A stretch of 64,000 nucleotides of DNA from Mobula hypostoma (GCF_963921235.1 NC_086109.1:32180001-32244000), one strand, 5' to 3'. Counted from the first letter of the stretch, positions 1-12,316 are shown. Notes: generated by a model not told the origin, from the letters alone. Program-made: numbers and translations.

Positions 1-244
1 TTAATCCTTAATTAATTTTTCAGAGATCGAAAATCCATTTCAATAGATACGGGTCAAATTTGACCCTGCACAGCCTCTATGTACAAAAATTTGTAGCACC
101 TGTACAAAAGTATAAATTTTTATAATATTTTCATTTTTGCACATTTTGGGTCACCTTAGGAAAAGTCATCAAATTTTGGCTAAAAAAGGCATTTAGGGTG
201 TTTTTACTACTGTCAAATGTCAAAACGGGTCAAATTTGACCCGT
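1..244. mobile_element. Probable DNA-transposon fragment with two GGGTCAAATTTGACCC palindromes
   Basis: Perfect palindromes at 51-66 (16 bp) and 225-244 (20 bp); truncated by the window edge; family not assignable. Confidence 0.4.
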
Positions 245-246
245 AC

Positions 247-700
247 AGAAATGTTCTTCTGCACACCACTATTGTAACATGAGGTTATCTGAGTTATTGT
301 CACTTTCCTGTCAGCTTGAACCAGTCTGTCCATTTTTCTCCAACCTCTCTCATTAACAAGGCATTTTTGCCCACAGAACTGCCACTCAATGGATGTTTTT
401 GTTTTCTGCACCATTTTCTGTAAACTCCAGAGACTGTTGTGTGTGAAGATAGCAGGATATCAGCAGTTTGAGATACTCAAACCACCCCATCTGGCACCAA
501 CAATCATCCCACAGTCAAAGTCACTTAAATCACATTTCTTCCCCATTCTGGTGTTTGGTTTAAACAATAACTGAACCTTTTCACCACGTCTGCATGCTTT
601 TTTGCAGTGAGTTGCTGCCACGTGATTGGCTGATTAGATACTTATATTAACGAACAGGTATACGGGGGGGGGGTGTCTAATAAAGTGACCCCTAAGCGTA
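247..700 (-). mobile_element. Tc1/mariner non-autonomous fragment (transposase N-terminal remnant plus one TIR)
   Basis: ORF 220-414 (CGQKCLVNERGWRKMDRLVQADRKVTITQITSCYN) resembles a Tc1 HTH region; degenerate TIR ctaataaagtgacccctaagcgta near 677-700; homologous to 58364-58932. Confidence 0.75.
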
Positions 701-1060
701 TGTCACGATATATTACACTGAGATTTGTTTTCTTGTAGGCATTCACAGTAGAACAAAGAAACACAAAAGAATCAGTGAAAAACTACATGCAATGACTGAC
801 AAACAATGAATGTACAAAAGAAGGCAAACTGCAAATGCAAGAAAAAGTTAATAAATAGGTAAATAAATAATACTGAGAACATGAGTTGTAGAGTCCTTGA
901 AAGTGAGGCCATAGGTTGTGGAATCAGTTCAGAGTTGTAGAGAGTGAAATTATCCACACTGGTTCAGTAGTCTGATAGTTAAAGAATAATAACTGTTCCT
1001 GAACCTGGTGTTATGGGACCTAAGGCTTCTGTACCTTTTTCCCACTGGCAGGAGGGTATT
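700..1060 (-). mobile_element. Rex1/Babar-type LINE 3' end fragment
   Basis: Shares aactgttcctgaacctggtg...ggcttctgtacc and 3'UTR sequence with copies at 12709-13348 and 44680-45150. Confidence 0.65.
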
Positions 1061-3074
1061 CCACCATATTCCTGACCTATGCTCTGGATATTCTAGAAAG
1101 GCTTTGTAGCGTCAATGAAGTGAGTCATTGGCAGTTTAATGTCCAACCTGTACTTGTGGCCACTGTATTTCTGCAGCCAATTGATTCTCTAGCTAAAGGT
1201 GATTGCACCCCCATATTATTGACGGTGGAACACTTGGCAACGCTCATGTCCTTAAACATCAAGAGTTAGAGATGGTCTTTGTGTTTGTAGGAAGCACTTG
1301 CTTTTGTATCATTGTGGAATTTGCAACGTTCCAGCTATTTTGAAAATTGTCATGGTTCACATCTGTCAGTGACTTGCCACTGCCACTTCTAAGATTTGTG
1401 GAAGTTAATTCAAGACCCTGAATGTGTGACCATAAACTACGAGATGCCCAGCTACCCAATGAAGTCACAATATCTTCAGATTCAAATGAAGTCACTTTCA
1501 CTAGGCTTACAGTGTGAACGAGAGTGCTGTACACACTAATGCAAGATGTAAGCCTCTCTTGCTGGAGCCTACCATCAATGGTAGACATAATTCCTGCTCA
1601 AACCAAAGGTGCATTTCAAATAGTACTGTTAACACAGAGATTGGATCTCTATCCCTTTATACTACCAAGATAATAAATGAATACATCTTATGGAAATACT
1701 ACTGTTTTCTAAAAGGTTATTTTAAAGCATTTGCCATAAATCCAAGTCCAGATAGTGTGGATTATCCAATATCAGGTTGGTCTTACAATGATTGCATTCT
1801 CAGATCAGTCAGTTCTGACATTGGCACCTGTTTTACAATGCCCAACCTCAGACTCCTCTGCATCCACATCACACCACACAAACTGAACCCATCATATCCC
1901 GGGATTGGAGCGATGATCTGCAGCACACCAGTGGGTGTATATTGGGAAAAGAAGTGTTACTATGATAAGTAAAAAAAAAAGCTTTACACAACTGAAACAG
2001 TTTTCTCCCACGGAAGTAAATATGCCTGTTGACATTTGCAAATTACTGTGATTAACAGCAGGCTCAAGGGACCAGGTGAACTACTCTTGCTTTTATTTCT
2101 AATGTACTTAGATGGCGGTGGAATAGCCTGTACTTTTTTTGACCTCTAACCTTAAAATGGATAAAGCCAATATTGATGATTTCTAGTTGTGAAAATTCAG
2201 GAGAATACAGAGAAAAACCATGGAAATCAGCTGGTCTAAATATGTGTAGATAATCACTCACTCCAGCTGCTCAAACCACAGGATCCCAGACAGTTAATGA
2301 TTTCTTATTTAGTCTTAAACAGTAATCTTTACTTAACAGGCAGATTTGTCTTTTCACTCCATTACAGTTCCATTATGTGTTTATTTCCCCAGTATTTACT
2401 ACATACGTGGATTTAATGTTAGGAAATGTTACGTGGCTTCAAAATAAGAATTATTTACATAAAAATCCATAACTTCAGACAATATATAAAGTAGGAACTC
2501 TCACCATCATTGGAAACACTAAAAATGTTGCTACCTTGTTTATTTTTAAAATAAATCTCTATAGGAACAGATTAAACATTCAGCATTGCAAGGAAATGAC
2601 TAATCATGCATTTCTAATAGATTTGGTCATTAAAAGGAGATGTATAATTATATTTCACTTTCTCCTCCCATACTCTATCAAATAAATCGTGACACTATTA
2701 AATTCAGCCACAGTGGAGGTGTTCGGGAAAATCCCTGTCAATCATTACTGTAAGTAACTTGAATCGATGTTACTCACTTTGTATCATGATTATCATCCAC
2801 TCCTACAGATCTATTTTAAGTGGACTCTGTGAATAAAGTTTTTTTTTTGCTTTTGTTATTTAATCTGCTTGCTACAAAATATAATTGCCAGATGTCACTG
2901 AACTACACAATTATGGATTTTGATCTTAGTGGAACTTAGGAAATTCACATTAGGATGGACCTCAACACTATTTGTTATCATTAAAAAGCTAGTTAAAACT
3001 ATTTCTGGGCCTATCACTCTCCATGTAGAAACCAAGTTGCCCCTTTTTTCCTGTCTTTGCTGATACTTCGTTAG

Positions 3075-3222
3075 GAGGGGTGCCGAGGAGGAAGCACAAT
3101 ACTGCGGAAGGGGCAGAGAGGAGGGAGCACCACACTGCAGAGGGCCGGGGACGAAAGAGTGCTGTGCTGCGGGAGGGCTGGCGAAGAGTGAGCGCCGCGC
3201 TGCGGGAGGGCTGGTGAGGAGG
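3075..3222. repeat. Degenerate GC-rich ~30-bp tandem repeat (4-5 units)
   Basis: Recurring ctgcgggagggctgg / ctgcggaagggg / ctgcagagggc units. Confidence 0.5.
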
Positions 3223-3490
3223 GTCTGGTGTCCACAGAGTGCGTAGTCTGTTGAGCACCGTTATCAACTCTGCTGCTGGCTAATTTGACGTAATTTTGTC
3301 TGAGAGTTCAGCAGCGCTGTATTCACAGAGCTTTGGACAACTGAATCCCTGACTAAAAACTTGGAAACGCTATCTAAGAATTTAGAGCTAGCACCATTAT
3401 TGGGAGCCAGCATAGCCGCTGCCTCTCTGCGTATCTTGGGAAAGATCGTATACACTCTAAAATAATATAAAATTATAATTTACTTATATC

Positions 3491-3493
<3 letters not shown>

Positions 3494-3526
<33 letters not shown>
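3494..3526. repeat. (CA)n microsatellite
   Basis: Seen directly. Confidence 0.95.
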
Positions 3527-3529
<3 letters not shown>

Positions 3530-5469
3530 CATACATATACATAGTATACTTTTTGTAACTTACAGAATTTTTATGTATTGCACTGTACTACTGCCACAAA
3601 AAAACAACATACGTCACTGATAACACGGCTGAATCTGATTCAGATATTAATTTTTGATTGTCTATATTCCAGAGGGAATTTGACCTTTCCAATGTTACCA
3701 TTAGGTGACAAATTATCGTGCTCCAAGTTATGGCAGAGCAAGTGCAGATGCAGTCTAACAGCTTCTCCCAAAAAAATACTTCAATGCAGAGTCAGCCAAA
3801 GGAGCAGTTGAGCAGCACCACCAACAGCAAATTCAATTATTAACAAGGTGCCGTTGTACAGTCAGATTGTGCTATTTATGTAAAACATTATTTAGATAGT
3901 CATTAATAGCTGTTCCAGGAATTTCAAAACTAATTGTTTGCTTTGTTGTGCTAATATTACTTTGTGTCTAGATGTCGGATTGTAAGTATCTGTGCTATGT
4001 GACTATATTACTGTATCTTGCACGCTGGTCCCAGAGGAACAATGTTTCACTTTGCTGTATACATGTGTATGGTAGAATGATAACAGACTTGAACTTGACT
4101 TGAATATTTAATCCCTGATTAAACATGCATTTGCTTTCCACACCCCATACCCTGATCTCCACACGCAGCTATTATTTATATAAATCACAGCCAAAAAGCT
4201 TTTCACTACAGGGATAAATTATTGTTAGCTATTGTCAACATCAGCTTTACTTCTTCATTAGCTTCTTTATTGTTAAGTTTCCAATACAATTTTGAATGGA
4301 TTCCACGAGTGGACTATAATGAGGCTTTGCTCTCTAATTCTTAGCAAACTACGTCCAGCAGATAGTTGCATTTTATCCCCACTGCCACAGCACAACTTGT
4401 GTCAGTAATGAAAAGGATCAGGTTCAGTATACCGTCTTCGGTAATTGAAGACAAACTTCTTCATCATTGGCTTTCTTCATTTATTTCATAATTGTCCTAA
4501 TTCTGTATTCAACTGCCATGATCTCCATAAAAATTGGTAACGATACAATCACATTCTGAACTTAACAACAAAATTCAACTTTGGCAGTTTCAGTGTCAAA
4601 AATAACAAGGCAGCAAAATTAACTAGTGCTCTGGCCTCAATCTCAAAGGATTAAATTCTATTAAATTCAGGAAAACCGCTGGGACGTTGGTACCAATAGC
4701 AAAAAAAAACAAGGTTGTATGAAAAATGATCTTTGGGCTTGTGTCATTTTAGTGAAATTTCCAAGTTGTTGTCATATTAACTGGGAACATTTCTTTTACT
4801 TGACACAGCAAGGTTTGGAATCCTGACTTCTCACACGTCCAAGTATGTTAGAAGAGTACATTTATGTTGGTTTATGAAAACAAAAATCTGCTCTTTTTAA
4901 AAATGATCCTTAGTCAGTTTTGATGGTGGTACTAGAGTGTGAAATGTAGTAAAATTTCAACACAGGTCGATTTAATGTAAAAAAAAATCAACTTAAAGTT
5001 TTACAGGTTAATAATCCACCTTGTTTTCTATTCCTGGAAGTAAACCAGTATTCTTTATGAGAAAGGAAAATAATTAATTTTTTAGCTAGTTTGGAATACA
5101 TACTTCACAGCTTCTGTCAAAAGTTACCAACGGAAGTTGCTTTTCTTTCTGAATTACATTCCATGTTATCCCACACCCCTCACCCAGTGTGCTAGTGCAT
5201 ACTTATTCTGGTACAAGAATGGGGTCAGATTGAGGTCCTTTATCAAAATTGGAAAACCAGTTGGTTTTCAGTAGCAGAGAAAATAGGAGAAAGATGGTAG
5301 ATCAAAGGGAATCTCTCTGATAGGGTGAGACCGAAGGAGATAATGTAGCAGTTGGAGTAGCAATTTAAAGAATATATTGTTTCTTTGTCTGTGTAATGTG
5401 TTGCTAACAGTCAGGTTATCAGTCATGTCCTGCAGGTCTGACTGCATCATGGAAGAAGAAAACTTAATG

Positions 5470-5602
5470 GGGCTCAGTCCTAAACAAGGGCCTCTACCCA
5501 AAATGTCGACTGTCTATTCATTTCCATAGATGCTGCCTGGCCTGCTGAGTTCCTCCAGCATTTTGTCTGATTCCTCCATCATCTGCAAACTTTCTAGTGT
5601 TT
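5470..5602 (+). mobile_element. Degenerate Penelope-like element 3' terminal remnant
   Basis: gtcgactg...catagatgctgcctggcctgctgagttcctccagcattttg...catctgca matches the termini at 11898-12028; hammerhead motif decayed. Confidence 0.7.
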
Positions 5603-5691
5603 AGGATAGAGAAACTGCCTGTTAAGAAAAAAATCCTTTAGTAATTGAAGATAGCAAGAGTTTGTGTGTTGGGGAAAACTATTACAACTTA

Positions 5692-5758
5692 CAGTACTGT
5701 TCTAAAGTTTTAGGCATATATACATGGCTAGGGTGCCTAAGACTTTTGCACAGTACTG
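5692..5758. mobile_element. 67-bp Tc1/mariner-type mini-MITE
   Basis: TA-flanked TIRs cagtactgt(tct)aaagt(t)ttaggca / tgcctaagacttttgcacagtactg. Confidence 0.75.
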
Positions 5759-6092
5759 TATTTGTCAACAAGGAGCAGAGAATGAATTTGTAAATCTGGC
5801 AGGAGTAAAGGATGCAGAGAATGGTGAGGGTGAGGGGCTGCAGGAGGGTTGTGGGTCAGATGGCAGGGAGGGAGTGCCAGGGACAGTGCGGTGGGCTGGC
5901 AAGGGTACATTCACACACGGCCCTAAGACATCAAGCAAAGTTATTTGATTCGAAACATTTGGTTTATTGATTATTACAGAATGTCTCTCTGGTGCTTCCT
6001 GTTCCCTCCCCTTTCCCTTACCCTTTTCCAACCATTATTTCCCTCTCCCTGCCCCCTTCCCACTCTCAGTCCGCAAGGTTTACCATCACTCA

Positions 6093-6449
6093 CATAGAAA
6101 CATAGAAAACCTACAGCACAATACAGGCCCTTCGGCCCACAAAGTTGTGCCGAACATGTCCCTAACTTAGAACTACCTAGGCTTTACCCATAGCCCTCTA
6201 TTTTTCTAAGCTCCATGTACCTATCGAAAAGTCTCTTAAAAGACCCTATCGTATCCGCCTCCACCACCGTTGCCGGCAGCCCATTCCACGCACTCACCAC
6301 TCTCTGCATAAAAAACTTACCCCTGACATCTCCTCTGTACCTACTCCCAAGCTCTTTAAACCTGTGTCCTCCTGTGGCAACCATTTCAGCCCTGGGAAAA
6401 AGCCTCTGACTATTCACACGATCAATGCCTCTCATCATCTTATACACCT
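6093..6449 (-). mobile_element. CR1 LINE 3' end
   Basis: ORF 6184-6447 (RLFPR...TGGHRFK...RGKFFMQRVVSAWNGLP) is the CR1 ORF2 C-terminus; (catagaaa)2 tail at 6093-6108. Confidence 0.9.
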
Positions 6450-6504
6450 AAGTCAACACATACGTCATGAAATTTGTTGGGTTTTTTTGCGGCAGCAGTT
6501 TTTT

Positions 6505-7028
6505 TTTGGATCCTTATCTAAGAAAAGATGAACTGCCATTGGAGGTTCACAAGGATGATTCCGGGAATGAAACGGTTATTATATGAGGAATGTTTGATGT
6601 ATCTGGAACTGTACTCGCTGGAAATTAGAAGGATCGGGGGTGGCGGGCGGGGGAATCTCTTTGACTGTTGAAAGGCCTAAACAGAGTAGATGTGGAAAGT
6701 ATGTTTCCCATGATGGGGATGTCTAAAACACGAGGGCACAACCTCAAGATAGAGGGGCATTCATTTATAACAGAGGTGCAGAAAAATTTCTTTAGCCAGA
6801 GGGTGGTGAATCTCTGGAACTTGTTACTACAGCAGCTGTGGAGGCCAGGTTATTGGGTGTATTTAAGGCGGAGATTGATTGGCCACGGCATCGAAGGTTA
6901 CGGGCTGAAGGCCGAGGAGTGGGGCTGGGGAGGGAGTATAAAAAGGATCAGCCATGATTGAATGCTGGAGCAGACTTGATGGGCCGATTGGCCTCATTCT
7001 ACTCCTATGTCTTATAGTCTTATCGTCT
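6505..7028 (+). mobile_element. CR1 LINE 3' fragment, degenerate
   Basis: KGLNRVDVESMFP...TRGHNLKI...KNFFSQRVVNLWN; tcttatagtcttat tail. Confidence 0.85.
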
Positions 7029-7056
7029 CAATACAGAGCAACTCACAAAATTACGA

Positions 7057-7122
7057 CAGTACTGTCAAAATTATTAGGCACCCTATCTATCTATATATGC
7101 CTATGACTTTTGCTCAGTACTA
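7057..7122. mobile_element. Mini-MITE copy (same family as 5692-5758)
   Basis: cagtactgtcaaaattattaggcacc ... tgcctatgacttttgctcagtact. Confidence 0.65.
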
Positions 7123-7129
7123 TATAACT

Positions 7130-7445
7130 GTGTTGGCGCGTGGCCAAGCGGTGAAGGCATTGGTCTAGTGATCTGAAGGTCGCTAGTTCAAGCCTTGGCT
7201 GAAGCAGTGTGTTGTGTCCTTGAGCAAGGCACTTAACCACACATTGCTCTGTGACGACACCGGTGCCAAGCTGTATGGGTCCTAATGCCCTTCCCTTGGA
7301 CAACGTTGGTGGCGTGGAGAGGGAAGACTTGCAGCATGGGCAACTGCCAGTCTGCCGGTCTTCCATACAACCTTGCCCAGGCCTGCGCCCTGGAAACCTT
7401 CCAAGGCGCAAATCCATGGTCTCACAAAACTAAGAGATGCCTATT
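7130..7445 (+). mobile_element. tRNA-derived CORE-type SINE
   Basis: A box TGGCCAAGCGG, B box agttcaagcc, CORE-like gtgtccttgagcaaggcacttaacc. Confidence 0.8.
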
Positions 7446-7721
7446 TATATCATCTATATTGAAAGCTCAGTGACTAACTGAGAAACTTTTAAGAACTAAA
7501 AGCAGCTAGTCTTCAGTTTGTTTTGCTTAGACTTTCTTATGATTCATTCAATCCCTTGGAGTCAATGTCAGATTCCAGAGGACACACATCAGTTTCATTC
7601 CTCCATTTATTTCTGTCTGTCAAATGCTCATTAATTAATTCCCTTCAGCCTCTTCATTCAACAACCTACACTTTTGGAGTTGGAACAGGTTTATTATGGT
7701 CAGATGAAAGTTTATCTTGCA

Positions 7722-9186
7722 GGGTGGCTAATGTAACCCCACTTTTTGAAAAAGGAGGGAGAGAGAAACCGGGGAATTATAGACCGGTTAGCCTAACGTC
7801 GGTGGTGGGGAAACTGCTGGAGTCAGTTATCAAGGATGTGATAACAGCACATTTGGAAAGCGGTGAAATGATCGGACAAAGTCAGCATGGATTTGTGAAA
7901 GGAAAATCATGTCTTACAAATCTCATAGAATTTTTTGAGGATGTAACTAGTAGAGTGGATAGGGGAGAACCAGTGGATGTGGTATATTTGGATTTTCAAA
8001 AGGCTTTTGACAAGGTCCCACACAGGAGATTAGTGTGCAAACTTAAAGCACACGGTATTGGGGGTAAGGTATTGGAGTGGGTGGAGAATTGGTTAGCAGA
8101 CAAGAAGCAAAGAGTGGGAATAAACGGGATCTTTTCAGAATGGCAGGCGGTGACTAGTGGGGTACCGCAAGGCTCAGTGCTGGGACCCCAGTTGTTTACA
8201 ATATATATTAATGACTTGGATGAGGGAATTAAATGCAGCATCTCCAAGTTTGCGGATGACACGAAGCTGGGTGGCAGTGTTAGCAGTGAGGAGGATGCTA
8301 AGAGGATGCAGGGTGACTTGGATAGGTTGGGTGAGTGGGCAAATTCATGGCAGATGCAATTTAATGTGGATAAATGTGAAGTTATCCACTTTGGTGGCAA
8401 AAATAGGAAAACAGATTATTATACGAATGGTGGCCGATTAGGAAAAGGGGAGGTGCAACGAGACCTGGGTGTCATTATACACCAGTCATTGAAAGTGGGC
8501 ATGCAGGTACAGCAGGTGGTGAAAAAGGCGAATGGTATGCTGGCATTTATAGCGAGAGGATTCGAGTACAGGAGCAGGGAGGTACTACTGCAGTTGTACA
8601 AGGCCTTGGTGAGACCACACCTGGAGTATTGTGTGCAGATTTGGTCCCCTAATCTGAGGAAAGACATCCTTGCCATAGAGGGAGTGCAAAGAAGGTTCAC
8701 CAGATTGATTCCTGGGATGGCAGGACTTTCATATGAAGAAAGACTGGATGAACTGGGCTTGTACTCGTTGGAATTTAGAAGATTGAGGGGGGATCTGATT
8801 GAAACGTATAAGATCCTAAAGGGATTGGACAGGCTAGATGCAGGAAGATTGTTCCCGATGTTGGGGAAGTCCAGAACGAGGGGCCACCGTTTGAGGATAG
8901 AGGGGAAGCCTTTTAGGACCGAGATTAGGAAAAACTTCTTCACACAGAGAGTGGTGAATCTGTGGAATTCTCTGCCACAGGAAACAGTTGAGGCCAGTTC
9001 ATTGGCTATATTTAAGAGGGAGTTAGATATGGCCCTTGTGGCTACGGGGGTCAGGGGGTATGGAGGGAAGGCTGGGGCAGGGGTCTGAGTTGGATGATCA
9101 GCCATGATCATAATAAATGGCGGTGCAGGCTCGAAGGGCCGAATGGCCTACTCCTGCACCTATTTTCTATGTTTCTATGTTTCTAT
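7722..9186 (+). mobile_element. 5'-truncated young CR1 LINE with an uninterrupted ORF2 RT and C-terminal region (~7722-9088)
   Basis: PGNYRPVSLTS, YLDFQKAFDKVPH, GVPQGSVLGP, KFADDTK, RPHLEYC, FFTQRVVNLWNSLP; (ctatgttt)n tail; approximate TSD tatcttgca/tatattgca. The ORF-track N-terminus (7523-7720) is flanking DNA. Confidence 0.95.
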
Positions 9187-9725
9187 ATTGCATACCGCCT
9201 GTACAGATCAAATCATTACACAATGCATTGAGGTAAATCAATAACAGAATGTAAAATAAGTGTAACATCCACAGAGAAGTAAAATGCAGTTAGACCATAA
9301 CGTGCAAACATAACAAGTTAAATTGTGAGTCCAGAATCCATCTATTTGCATTAGGGAACTATTCAATAGTCTGATGACAGCAGGGTAAGTAGCTGCCTTT
9401 GAACATGGTGGTACATGCCTTCATGCTTTTGTGACTTCTGCCCAATAGCAGCGGGGAGAAGAGAGAACGTCTGGGGTGAGTAGGGTCTTTGATTATGCTG
9501 GCTGTTTTACTGAAGCAGCAAGAAGTATAGAGAGAGTCCATGGAGGAGAGATTGGTTTCTATACTGGGCTGAGCTGTGTTCACACTCTCCACAACTTCTT
9601 GTGGTCATGAGCAAAGCTGTTGGTAAATCAAACTGTGGTACATCCAGGTCGGATGCTTTGTATAGTGCATCAATAAAAATTGGTAAGGGTGAAAGGGGTC
9701 TTGCCAAGTTTCTTCAGGAGTTTCC
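9187..9725 (-). mobile_element. Rex1/Babar-type LINE 3' fragment (tail continues at ~7672-7721, split by the CR1)
   Basis: ORF 9359-9592 (KTASIIKDPTHP..SLFSPLLLGR) is a Rex1-type C-terminus. Confidence 0.75.
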
Positions 9726-11047
9726 AATTGACCATCCACCACGTCCTTAGGACATAGGAAAAAAACTGAAGGAATTCCTTCAAGATCACAGGAAGAACTC
9801 CCTGTGGTCAGAATTGAGAACTAAGTACTGCACCATTATGCCTTTGTGACCACAAAGGATCATCAGAAACAGATTTAGTCTCCAAATAAATGGACTACTG
9901 TTATGTCTATCCAATCAATGATGAAGAATATATGGGGGATGTGACTTGAATTTGTCTCGCTTGAGCCATCACTTCCTTCTCATGTGTTTGGCACAAGCAA
10001 TGGTTTTGGCTCTCTGACACAGGGAAGGACTCAAAGTTCATTCCTTCAAATACATTATCGCCACAAAATGTCAAATTACACTTTGAAAACCCTAAAACAC
10101 TGATGATGTTGCTTGCATTTCCCTGTTTGGTATATTAATCAACATTGAATTTGGACTGAGTGGATGTATTTGTGCAATGAAGTTATTTTTCAGTGATATC
10201 CATTTGCTTCCTGCTACTTTTCTGAAGTGATAATCTAACCTGACCTCAGTTATCTTCAGCATGAAATTTCTAGTGTCTGCTCCAAACATTTAATCTGTCA
10301 GCTACATTACAGCTGGCAGGCCAATCAATCTGCTTTTCCTTATTGGCCAAGTGCGTTAAATGGCTTCATAGACAGGCTAAGCAGGGTTATTTCACTTAAA
10401 GGATTGCTGTTGGTTTTCCTTTCTCTGAAATAAAGCACAGATAAGACAACTAATTTAGTGATTTTGCTTGCCCTGCATCTCATATTCATGCAAAGCAATG
10501 CAACTCCAGAAGGCAATTAGAAACTGCCACTTAAATACCAATTTATACCACGGGAAGGCCGTGCAGCACCAGTGACTGAACAATTACAGAACAAGTAGGA
10601 AGAACTGAATTCCTTAAAGATCTTGCTTATCAAATTTTAGCAGAAAGGGGTGATATTTGCAAGTCTGCAAAGTCCAAACTAAACCACGCTTAATCTAGCA
10701 GACATAACAGGAATTAGCCAAGGTGAATCAAGAATAAAGAATCCAGGGAGAGTGCAAAGAATCTACTTTTAAACTAAAATTAAAAAGTATGACAGAACAC
10801 AGCCACAATATTGGATCATACAGTATACAGGCATACAGTTGAACAAAATCTCTAAGACAATAAAGTGTAAACATGTGGAGCCCCAGAGATCGTTGACTGT
10901 AAAAAGTAATTTGGCTGCAGAATAGCATGCATACTGAAGCAATAAGGTGTAAAAAGTTATCATCTGTTTCAGGACTAAAATGAATCCTGAAAGAGATAAT
11001 AACTTTGTATACCTTATTAGATTAATAAGCAATAAGCTTTAGGAGCT

Positions 11048-12028
11048 ACACACAAAATGCTGGTGGAATGCAGCAGGCCAGGCAGCATCTATAGGAAGAA
11101 GTACAGTCGACGTTTCGGGTCAAGACTTTTCGTCAGGACTAACGAAAAAAGAAATAGTAAGAGATTTGAAAGTGAGGAGGGGAGGGGGAGACCCGAAATG
11201 ACAGAAGACAGGAGGAGGAGGGATGAAGCTAAGAGCTGGGAAGTTGAATGGCAAAAGGGATACAAGGCTGGAGAAGGGGGAGTATCATAGGATGGAAGGC
11301 CTTGGAAGAAAGAAAGGGGGAGTGGAGCACCAGAGGAAGCTCCCGGTGTGGCCTTCTATATATTGGTGAGATCCGAAGCAGATTAGGAGACCACCTCGCT
11401 GAACACATACGCTCTGTCCACCAGAGGAAGCAGGATCTCCCAGTGGCCACACATTTTAATTCCACGTCCCATTCCCATTCCGATATGGCAATCCATGGCC
11501 TCCTCTACTGTCGAGATGAAGCCACACTCAGGTTGGAGGAACAACACCTTATATTCCGTCTGGGTAGCCTCCAACCTGATAGCATGAACATTGATTTCTC
11601 TAACTTCTGATAATGCCCCTCATCCCCTTCTTACCCCATCCCTAATTTTTTTTCTCTCTTTCCCTCTCACAGTAACTCCTTGCCTGTTCTCCATCTCCCT
11701 CTAGTGCTCCCCTCCCCCTTTCTTTCTTCCTAGGCCTCCTGTCCTATGATACTCCCCCTTCTCCAGCCTTGTATCCCTTTTGCCAATCAATGTCCCAGCT
11801 CTTAGCTCCATCCCTCCCCCTCCTGTCTTCGCCTATCATTTCGGATCTCCCCCTCCCCCTCCCACTCTCAAATCTCTTACTATCACTTTTTTCCGTTAGT
11901 CCTGACGAAGGGTCTCAGCCCAAAACGTCGACTGTACTTCTTCCTATAGATGCTGCCTGGCCTGCTGCGTTCCACCAGCATTTTGTGTGTGTGGCTTGAA
12001 TTTCCAGCGTCTGCAGATTTTCTGGTGC
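11048..12028 (+). mobile_element. Penelope-like element: inverted terminal arm (11048-~11340) plus direct 3' part encoding a GIY-YIG C-terminus
   Basis: SRCGLLYIGEIRSRLGDHLAEHIRSV...PVATHFN...RLEEQHLIFRLGSLQPDSMNIDFSNF; 14-bp TSD aagctttaggagct (11034-11047 / 12029-12042). Confidence 0.92.
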
Positions 12029-12044
12029 AAGCTTTAGGAGCTTA

Positions 12045-12303
12045 ACAGTTAGCATGAAACTATTACAGCTTTGGGCGTTCCAGTGTTCGGAGTTTAATCC
12101 TTGCACCATCTGTTAAGTTTGTGTGTTCTTCCCATGACCACGTGGATTTCCTCCAGGTGCTCTGGCTTCCTCCCACAGTTCAAAGATGTACTGGTTGGCA
12201 ATCATTGTAAATTCTCCTGTGATTAGACTGGCATTAAACAGGTGGGTTGCTGGGTAGTGTGGCTCAGAGAGTCCTGTTCAGCACTGTGTCTCTAAATAAA
12301 TAA
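12045..12303 (+). mobile_element. V-SINE-like element
   Basis: V domain gtttgtgtgttcttcccatgaccacgtggatttcctccaggtgctctggcttcctcccacagttcaaaga; taaataaataa tail. Confidence 0.75.
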
Positions 12304-12316
12304 GTGACTACTTCCC

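Noticed and set aside
7135..7205. tRNA gene (also 53998-54065)
   Set aside because: A and B boxes run into CORE-SINE body sequence, so these are SINE heads.
7523..7721. N-terminal extension of the 521-aa ORF as a domesticated RT gene
   Set aside because: Starts at TTG in flanking DNA and runs through another LINE's tail; chance read-through into a truncated CR1.
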